Shown here piece by piece: positions 57,413 through 64,000 of a stretch of DNA of 64,000 bases. Within the stretch, counting starts at the first letter, position 1. Every line of letters begins with the position of its first letter. Where the stretch lies: NCBI GenBank assembly GCA_051656605.1, contig JBOGCF010000057.1, positions 307-64,306 on the forward strand, written 5' to 3'. The position numbers were made by a program, and so were the translations under genes. A model generated the notes under the pieces. It had not been told where the DNA came from. It worked only from the letters and a program-made list of their open reading frames with translations, and did not search any database. The stretch is from Tannerellaceae bacterium. Its GTDB lineage: Bacteria > Bacteroidota > Bacteroidia > Bacteroidales > CAMTPD01.

Positions 57413-57592
57413 ATGGACTCAATTGACAAAGTTCTTGATGTGATGAAAAATGCCGGAGAACCACTAAACGCCGGAAAAATTGTAGAGCTTTCAGGTCTTA
57501 CAAAGAAAGACGTAGATAAAGCAATGAAAGAATTGAAAGAGCAAGGGTTAATCGTATCGCCAAAAAGATGCTATTGGGAACCCTCGAAGTAG
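57413..57592 (+). CDS. Small winged-helix-like protein (59 aa, below the ORF-track cutoff)
   Basis: MDSIDKVLDVMKNAGEPLNAGKIVELSGLTKKDVDKAMKELKEQGLIVSPKRCYWEPSK. The periodicity is clean and HTH-like, and the ORF fills the mltD-relA gap. Confidence 0.6.
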   Translation: MDSIDKVLDVMKNAGEPLNAGKIVELSGLTKKDVDKAMKELKEQGLIVSPKRCYWEPSK

Positions 57593-57614
57593 TAATCAAA
57601 GAATAAAAATTAGT

Positions 57615-57622
57615 TATCTTTG
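57615..57622 (+). promoter_or_regulatory. -7 promoter box TATCTTTG upstream of relA/spoT
   Basis: Exact TAnnTTTG 15 nt upstream of the ATG at 57638 and 30 nt before the alternative ATG at 57653. Confidence 0.45.
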
Positions 57623-57637
57623 AATTCTTAATTAGAA

Positions 57638-59902
57638 ATGGAGGCTTGTGTTATGGATGAAATCAAAAATGAATTTGAGTCTGATGAGTTACTTATTCAA
57701 CAAGAGTTTGATGCTCTGTTGCAAGATTATATTAATTCAAATCACAGACGGAAGGTTGAGCTCATAACAAAAGCCTTCAATTTTGCCAAACAGGCACATC
57801 AAGGGGTAAAACGTCGCTCCGGCGAACCATATATCATGCACCCACTTGCTGTTGCACGAATTGTTTGTAGAGAAATTGGCTTGGGTTCGACTTCGATAAG
57901 TGCAGCGTTATTGCATGATGTCGTTGAAGATACAGAATTTACAGTCGAGGATATCAAAGCCATGTTTGGCGAGAAGATTGCTACGATTGTGGATGGATTA
58001 ACAAAGATATCGGGAGGTATCTTTGGAGAGCAGGCTTCGGCTCAAGCGGAAAACTTCAGAAAGTTACTGCTTACCATGTCTGATGATATTCGTGTTATTT
58101 TGATTAAAATAGCGGATAGACTACACAATATGCGTACGCTGGGCTCAATGTTGCCCTCAAAACAATATAAAATTGCCGGAGAGACCTTATACTTATATGC
58201 TCCTTTAGCACATCGTTTAGGTCTTTTCTCGATCAAAACCGAACTTGAAGATCTCAGCTTCAAGTATGAACACCCCGAAGAATATCGACAGATAAAAGAG
58301 AAGCTTGATGCATCCGAAAATATGCGTCAGGATGCATTTGCACGCTTTGCTCAGCCGCTAGAAGCAAGATTGAATAAGTTGGGTGTTGCCTACGAGATGA
58401 AAGCTCGTGTAAAGTCTATTTATTCTATCTGGAATAAAATGCAAGCGAAAGGAGTCTCTTTCGAAGAGGTCTACGATATTTTTGCTGTTCGTATTATTTT
58501 CGATCCGGCTAATGGTGTAGACGAAAAGAATCAATGTTGGGATATTTATTCGGTGATCACCGATATCTACAAGTTGCGACCTGATCGAATACGTGATTGG
58601 GTAAGCAGGCCTAAAGCTAATGGTTATCAGGCTTTGCACGTAACGGTAATGGGTCCTGATGGTGAATGGATAGAAGTTCAGATCCGTAGCCGTAGAATGG
58701 ACGACATTGCAGAGAAAGGTTTTGCTGCACACTGGAAATACAAAGAACACAACGTAGAGGAGGATACAGAGTTGGATAAATGGTTAAAGACCATTACCGA
58801 GATACTAGAGAATCCAAATCCCAATGCACTTGATTTTCTCGATACAATCAAATTAAACCTATTTGCATTAGAGATCTTTGTGTTTACTCCTCGTGGGGAT
58901 ATTAAAACATTGCCGCAAGAGGCTACTGCTCTCGACTTTGCTTATGCATTGCATACAAATCTAGGAAACCAATGTATTGGAGCTAAGGTGAATCACAAAT
59001 TGGTTCCACTTAGCCATAAGTTGCAAAGTGGAGATCAAGTTGAGATCTTATCTTCAAAATCACAAACTCCTCAGGCCGAATGGCTCAACTTTGTAACTAC
59101 AGCAAAGGCTAAAGCAAAGATCGATTATGCACTCAAAAAGCAGCGTAAAGAGCTGGCAAGAGAAGGAGAGCATATTGTAACCGAAGCTTTGGAAAGGAAT
59201 AAGATGGAAGCCAATTTTATGAATTTCGATAAGTTGGCCACTTATTACTCATTCTTGAAGCGTGATGAGTTTTTCTGCTCTGTTGCAAAAGGAGATATAG
59301 AACTTGCAGATAATCTAGCCAAAGTTCTTAATTATAATAAGAAGAAAAGCGGCTTTTTCAACTACGTAAAACAAGCATTTGGAGTTGGAGGAAAAGAAGA
59401 AGTCGATAAACTTCCACATTGCGATTTATCACAACAAAAAATTGATAAGAAGAAGATCTATCAATTGAAGGAGATCGCTTTTGAAAGAAATTATCAAATT
59501 GCTGATTGTTGCAAACCGATACCGGGAGACGAAGTTTTTGGGTTTCTTAATGACGACAATTCGGTAACTATTCATAAACGCTCATGTCCTATTGGATTGC
59601 GATTGATGAGTTCTTTCGGAGAACGAATCCTTACTACCGAATGGTCAGATCATAGTAGCTTTACTTATCCGGCAACTTTAGAAATCAAAGGAATTGACGC
59701 GATGGGTATTCTAAATATAATTGTACGTACGATTTCTGAAGAGTTTTCTGTCAATATGCGAAAGATTGTTTTGGAAGCAAAAGATGGATTCTTTGAAGGC
59801 AGAGTGCAATTGTATGTTCATGACATCTCTGATATACAGAATATTTGCAATAGACTAGCAAAGGTTGAAAATGTGAAATCTGTAGCTAGGGTTGCCGAAT
59901 AA
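57638..59902 (+). CDS. Bifunctional (p)ppGpp synthetase/hydrolase (RelA/SpoT homologue)
   Basis: 754 aa. HD domain (HDVVEDT), synthetase domain (GYQALHV), and TGS and ACT-like C-terminal regions. Confidence 0.93.
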   Translation: MEACVMDEIKNEFESDELLIQQEFDALLQDYINSNHRRKVELITKAFNFAKQAHQGVKRRSGEPYIMHPLAVARIVCREIGLGSTSISAALLHDVVEDTEFTVEDIKAMFGEKIATIVDGLTKISGGIFGEQASAQAENFRKLLLTMSDDIRVILIKIADRLHNMRTLGSMLPSKQYKIAGETLYLYAPLAHRLGLFSIKTELEDLSFKYEHPEEYRQIKEKLDASENMRQDAFARFAQPLEARLNKLGVAYEMKARVKSIYSIWNKMQAKGVSFEEVYDIFAVRIIFDPANGVDEKNQCWDIYSVITDIYKLRPDRIRDWVSRPKANGYQALHVTVMGPDGEWIEVQIRSRRMDDIAEKGFAAHWKYKEHNVEEDTELDKWLKTITEILENPNPNALDFLDTIKLNLFALEIFVFTPRGDIKTLPQEATALDFAYALHTNLGNQCIGAKVNHKLVPLSHKLQSGDQVEILSSKSQTPQAEWLNFVTTAKAKAKIDYALKKQRKELAREGEHIVTEALERNKMEANFMNFDKLATYYSFLKRDEFFCSVAKGDIELADNLAKVLNYNKKKSGFFNYVKQAFGVGGKEEVDKLPHCDLSQQKIDKKKIYQLKEIAFERNYQIADCCKPIPGDEVFGFLNDDNSVTIHKRSCPIGLRLMSSFGERILTTEWSDHSSFTYPATLEIKGIDAMGILNIIVRTISEEFSVNMRKIVLEAKDGFFEGRVQLYVHDISDIQNICNRLAKVENVKSVARVAE

Positions 59903-59926
59903 GTACAAGAAGAATATGTATACATA

Positions 59927-59971
59927 AAAGCCCGGTTATTTGTGTTTTTTGAATACAAATAACCGGGCTTT
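59927..59971. terminator. Bidirectional terminator between relA/spoT and the MerR gene
   Basis: AAAGCCCGGTTATTTGT / ACAAATAACCGGGCTTT, a 17-bp perfect stem. Confidence 0.8.
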
Positions 59972-60009
59972 CTTTATTCTGATGATCGCTTCTTTAAGCT
60001 GATCTTTTA

Positions 60010-60363
60010 TTATGCTTTGTCGATTGCATCAAAGATATCTTTGAGAGCAAGGAGCTCTTCCTTTATACCTTTCAGACGAGCAACAACTTCCTCGTTCTTC
60101 TTCGTGTTTTCAGGATTGTCTTTGATTTTTTGTTTGGCACCGGCAAGAGTAAGACCTCTCTCTTTTACCAGATGGAAGACCAATCGTACATTCTCAATAT
60201 CTTCTTTTTTATAATATCGAGTACCCTTCCCCGATTTACGTGGATTGATAATGTCAAACTCTTTTTCCCAAAAACGGAGTGTCGACTCATTTATTCCAAA
60301 CATCTTGGCTACTTCACCAATCGAATAGAATAGTTTTAGATCTTTATTCTTATTTAGTGCCAT
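60010..60363 (-). CDS. MerR-family transcriptional regulator
   Basis: 117 aa. MerR HTH YSIGEVAKMFGINESTLRFWEKEF. Confidence 0.85.
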   Translation of the reverse strand: MALNKNKDLKLFYSIGEVAKMFGINESTLRFWEKEFDIINPRKSGKGTRYYKKEDIENVRLVFHLVKERGLTLAGAKQKIKDNPENTKKNEEVVARLKGIKEELLALKDIFDAIDKA

Positions 60364-60381
60364 AATTTTAGTCCAATTTAA

Positions 60382-61353
60382 TTAGTCCATAACCTGTCCA
60401 CGGCTATCAGCCAATTGAATCATGCGTTCATACTCTTCAGGGGTAAGATCCATGAAGTAGTATTTTGCCGGATTATCATTTTTACCTCTAACCAGTACTT
60501 CATAATGAAGGTGGTTGCCGGTAGACTTGCCTGTGTTTCCAACGGTTCCAATGATTTCACCTCGAGTTACGGTTTTTCCTACACGGGTTTTGATTTTATC
60601 TAAGTGACCGTATAGGGTTTCATAACCGAATCCATGATTGACAATGATACAATTACCATATCCTTGTCTCCATCCTGCAAAGGTAATCTTTCCATTGCCT
60701 GTTGCATACACATCAGTCCCTTTTTTTGCAGTGAAGTCCATACCTGCGTGAAATTTAGGAGTCCGATAAATCGGGTCGATACGCATACCATATCCCGAAG
60801 CCAATCTTGTTAGGTCTTTATTGGATACCGGCTGGATTGCAGGAATGCATTTCAGTCGTTCTTCTTGCGATTTTCCAATATCAACGAGCTCGTTGAGAGA
60901 GTTTGATTGTACATACAATTGCTTCGAGAGCATATCCATCTTACGGGTTGTAGAAATAACCAAGTCTGGATTCGACAAACTAGTAAGATGCTCATAACGG
61001 TTTACACCTCCAAAGCCCGACTTGCGAACCGAGATTGGAATCGACTCTGCTTGAAATATGGCACGATACAAGTTTTCATCGCGTTCTTGTATGTCGTCAA
61101 GAACTTCCAACGCACTATTGAGTCGCAATGAAAGAACTTCATATTGAGTTTGAAGCAACTTGTTTTCTTTGCGTAGTTGCCGTTCGAGTGGAGATTCGAA
61201 AAGGTAGGTAATACCGAAAAATAAGCCAACTCCGATTACGATACCGATACTCAAATGGCGTATTACTCCAAACATCTTTTGCTTGAATGACGGATAGACC
61301 CGCTCATACGTTAAAGTTTTCGGATTGTACAGAAAGTATGTTTTTTTGCGCAT
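60382..61353 (-). CDS. M23-family metallopeptidase
   Basis: 323 aa. N-terminal TM segment, a coiled-coil, and HAGMDF plus GNTGKSTGNHLHYEV motifs. Confidence 0.9.
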   Translation of the reverse strand: MRKKTYFLYNPKTLTYERVYPSFKQKMFGVIRHLSIGIVIGVGLFFGITYLFESPLERQLRKENKLLQTQYEVLSLRLNSALEVLDDIQERDENLYRAIFQAESIPISVRKSGFGGVNRYEHLTSLSNPDLVISTTRKMDMLSKQLYVQSNSLNELVDIGKSQEERLKCIPAIQPVSNKDLTRLASGYGMRIDPIYRTPKFHAGMDFTAKKGTDVYATGNGKITFAGWRQGYGNCIIVNHGFGYETLYGHLDKIKTRVGKTVTRGEIIGTVGNTGKSTGNHLHYEVLVRGKNDNPAKYYFMDLTPEEYERMIQLADSRGQVMD

Positions 61354-61412
61354 TTGTGGTCGACTGATAAATTAATTAACGAAGTGTTTGTGGCAAAAAT
61401 AATTATTTGCCG

Positions 61413-61420
61413 TATTTTTG
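61413..61420 (+). promoter_or_regulatory. -7 promoter box TATTTTTG, with TTTG at 61387-61390 (-33), upstream of alaS
   Basis: TAnnTTTG 43 nt upstream of the ATG at 61464. A TTTG lies 22 nt upstream of the box. Confidence 0.5.
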
Positions 61421-61463
61421 CAAACTGCATTTCAGAATATTAACGACAACCATATAAGTATTT

Positions 61464-64000
61464 ATGTTGACAGCAAAAGAGATTCGAGAATCATTTAAAG
61501 TATTCTTTGCTTCTAAGGGACACCAGATTGTTCCTTCTGCTCCGATGGTAATTAAAGACGATCCGACTTTGATGTTTACCAACGCCGGAATGAATCAGTT
61601 CAAAGACATTATCCTAGGTAATGTTCCTATTAAGTATCCACGTGTTGCCGACTCGCAAAAATGTTTGCGCGTAAGCGGTAAGCATAACGACCTGGAAGAA
61701 GTAGGTCACGATACATACCACCATACCATGTTCGAAATGCTTGGTAATTGGTCGTTTGGAGACTACTTTAAGAAGGAAGCAATCGAATGGGCTTGGGAGT
61801 ACCTTGTAGAAGTACTTAAGCTTGATCCGAACAGACTTTATGCAACCGTATTTGAAGGTAGCCCTGAAGAAGGTTTGTCTCGTGATGATGAAGCTGCTTC
61901 ATATTGGGAAAAGTTTTTACCAAAAGATAGAATTATCAATGGTAACAAAAAAGATAATTTCTGGGAAATGGGTGATACAGGTCCTTGCGGTCCTTGCTCA
62001 GAAATCCACATTGATATTCGTCCGGACGAAGAACGTGCAAAAGTAAATGGTCTTACTTTGGTAAATGAAAGTCATCCGCAGGTTATCGAAATCTGGAACC
62101 TTGTATTTATGCAATACAACCGTAAAGCAGATGGTACATTAGATGGCCTTCCAGCTAAGGTTATTGATACAGGTATGGGATTTGAACGTTTGTGTATGGC
62201 AATGCAAGGCGTATTGTCAAATTACGATACAGACGTATTCCAACCAATTATCAAAGCAATGGCAGCGCTGGCTGGTACAGAATATGGCAAAGACGAGCAA
62301 AAAGATATCGCAATGCGTGTAATTGCCGATCATATTCGTACAATTGCATTTTCTATTACAGACGGTCAACTTCCGTCAAATGCTAAAGCCGGTTATGTAA
62401 TTCGTCGTATTTTGCGTCGTGCCGTACGTTATGGATATACATTCCTTGGTCAGCATCAATCATTCATGTACAAGTTGATTCCTGCGTTGATCGATACAAT
62501 GGGAGATGCTTATCCTGAACTTGTTTCTCAAAAAACATTGATCGAAAAGGTTATCAAAGAAGAAGAAGAATCATTCCTTCGCACTCTTGAAACCGGTATT
62601 CGTTTGTTGGAGAAACGTATGGATGAAGCAAAAGCAGCCGGCAAAACTGAAGTGAGCGGTGTTGATGCATTTGTACTTTACGATACATACGGTTTCCCTC
62701 TTGACCTTACAGAACTAATTCTTCGTGAAAACGGAATGTCTGTAAATGTATCAGAGTTCGATGCCGAAATGCAAAAGCAAAAAGAAAGAGCTAGAAATGC
62801 TGCTGCTATTGAAACGGGAGACTGGGTTTCTTTGAAAAATGGCGATAGCACATTCGTAGGTTATGATCTTGCTGCATGTGAAACAGAGATTCTTCGTTAT
62901 CGCAAGATCAAACAAAAAAATAAAGAATTATTCCAAGTTGTTCTAGAGAAAACTCCTTTTTATGCAGAAATGGGTGGCCAGGTAGGAGATACGGGATGGT
63001 TGATTTCAGAAACTGAAACTGTTGAGGTTTTAGATACAAAACGTGAAAACAACCTTGCTGTGCATATCTTGGCAAAAATGCCTCAAGATCCAACGGCAAC
63101 TTTCGTAGCGAAAATCAATGAAAAGAAACGCGAACAATCAGAGTGTAATCACACGGCAACTCACTTGCTTCACGAGGCATTGAGAGAAGTCCTTGGTTCA
63201 CATGTTGAACAAAAAGGTTCGTTTGTTTCTCCAGAAATGCTACGTTTCGACTTCTCTCACTTCCAAAAAGTTTCTGATGAAGAGCTTCGTAAGGTTGAAG
63301 AGATTGTGGGTGAAAAGATTCGTGCCAACTTCATGATGGAAGAGCATCGTAATCTACCTATTGCAGAAGCGAAAGAAATGGGTGCGATGGCTCTATTCGG
63401 TGAAAAATACGGAGATGAGGTTCGCGTAGTTAAATATGGCTCATCGGTAGAACTTTGTGGTGGTACGCACGCTTCGGCAACCGGAAATATCGGTTCATTA
63501 CGCATCGTTGCAGAAAGTTCAATCGCTGCAGGTGTTCGTCGTATTGAAGCTGTAACTGCAGAAGCTGCTGATAACTACTATTATGCTCAGCAAGATGTAT
63601 TGAAAGAGCTTCGTGCAATGATGAATAACATGCCAAATCTTGTTCAAGCAGTGAAGAAGTCTCTTGATGAGAACGCTGAGTTGAAAAAACAAATGGCCGA
63701 ATTTGCAAAAGAGAAAGCAAAACAATTGAAACAAGATATCGTAGCATCAGCTAAAGATGTAAACGGAACAAAACTTCTTGTATTCAAAGGTAATGCTAGT
63801 GCCGATGTAATGAAAGATATCGCATTCCAATTGAAAGGCGAACTAGGATCATTCTTCTTCGTTGCAGGTGTAGAAACCGATGGTAAACCACTTCTTCAAG
63901 TAATGATGAGTGATGATTTAGTTGCTGCCGGTAAAAATGCATCTCAATTGGTGAGAGATGGTGCTAAACACATCAAAGGTGGTGGCGGTGGCCAAGCTCA
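61464..64000 (+). CDS. alaS: Alanine--tRNA ligase (5' partial, continues past the window end)
   Basis: Hand-translated: [48 protein letters not shown] and [18 protein letters not shown]. The frame stays open to 64000. Absent from the ORF track because there is no stop codon. Confidence 0.93.
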   Translation, partial: MLTAKEIRESFKVFFASKGHQIVPSAPMVIKDDPTLMFTNAGMNQFKDIILGNVPIKYPRVADSQKCLRVSGKHNDLEEVGHDTYHHTMFEMLGNWSFGDYFKKEAIEWAWEYLVEVLKLDPNRLYATVFEGSPEEGLSRDDEAASYWEKFLPKDRIINGNKKDNFWEMGDTGPCGPCSEIHIDIRPDEERAKVNGLTLVNESHPQVIEIWNLVFMQYNRKADGTLDGLPAKVIDTGMGFERLCMAMQGVLSNYDTDVFQPIIKAMAALAGTEYGKDEQKDIAMRVIADHIRTIAFSITDGQLPSNAKAGYVIRRILRRAVRYGYTFLGQHQSFMYKLIPALIDTMGDAYPELVSQKTLIEKVIKEEEESFLRTLETGIRLLEKRMDEAKAAGKTEVSGVDAFVLYDTYGFPLDLTELILRENGMSVNVSEFDAEMQKQKERARNAAAIETGDWVSLKNGDSTFVGYDLAACETEILRYRKIKQKNKELFQVVLEKTPFYAEMGGQVGDTGWLISETETVEVLDTKRENNLAVHILAKMPQDPTATFVAKINEKKREQSECNHTATHLLHEALREVLGSHVEQKGSFVSPEMLRFDFSHFQKVSDEELRKVEEIVGEKIRANFMMEEHRNLPIAEAKEMGAMALFGEKYGDEVRVVKYGSSVELCGGTHASATGNIGSLRIVAESSIAAGVRRIEAVTAEAADNYYYAQQDVLKELRAMMNNMPNLVQAVKKSLDENAELKKQMAEFAKEKAKQLKQDIVASAKDVNGTKLLVFKGNASADVMKDIAFQLKGELGSFFFVAGVETDGKPLLQVMMSDDLVAAGKNASQLVRDGAKHIKGGGGGQA

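Overview
The window looks like chromosomal DNA from a Bacteroidota, probably Bacteroidales. The evidence is gene content: a T9SS translocon sprA next to ruvA, DUF4492-cydAB, a NigD-like lipoprotein, DUF5683 after parAB, a glsAB-like glycine-lipid pair and a dcw cluster without murF. Several genes also carry TAnnTTTG -7 promoter boxes, and Shine-Dalgarno sites are almost absent. Core blocks are as follows. From 0.3 to 14.4 kb (+): yceD-rpmF-fabH-era-der, ruvA-sprA and an rprXY-like two-component pair. From 14.5 to 29.7 kb (-): yqeY plus a complete dcw cluster (rsmH, ftsL-like, ftsI, murE, mraY, murD, ftsW, murG, murC, ftsQ, ftsA, ftsZ) with no mraZ. From 42.7 to 64 kb: cydAB, a Tat-exported oxidoreductase/DUF1080 pair, lpxB-surE, parAB, an mltD-like gene, relA/spoT, MerR, an M23 peptidase and the 5' part of alaS, which runs off the window and is missing from the ORF track. 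The accessory segment spans 32.0-42.6 kb. It starts with an AT-rich patch holding two PAS-LuxR paralogues, an atypical QueD/PTPS-like protein fused to a zinc ribbon, and an orphan protein. A visibly GC-rich island of about 6.5 kb follows (about 35.56-42.05 kb). It carries a VirE_N/DUF3987 primase-helicase-like gene, DUF4248, arsR-arsC-acr3, an HU-like gene and a 36-codon peptide ORF. I saw no integrase, tRNA or clear att repeats. The strongest non-coding signal is ten perfect TGACCACT/AGTGGTCA octamers within 400 bp. They form two similar modules flanking an AT-rich spacer of about 100 bp, directly 3' of the primase-helicase gene, which is an iteron/origin-like layout. Two further signals: near-identical palindromic 18-mers bracket the ars cassette, and degenerate tandem units of about 21 bp sharing a 17-mer core recur in three intergenic regions. 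No rRNA, tRNA or CRISPR array was seen. GC statements are by eye, not computed.
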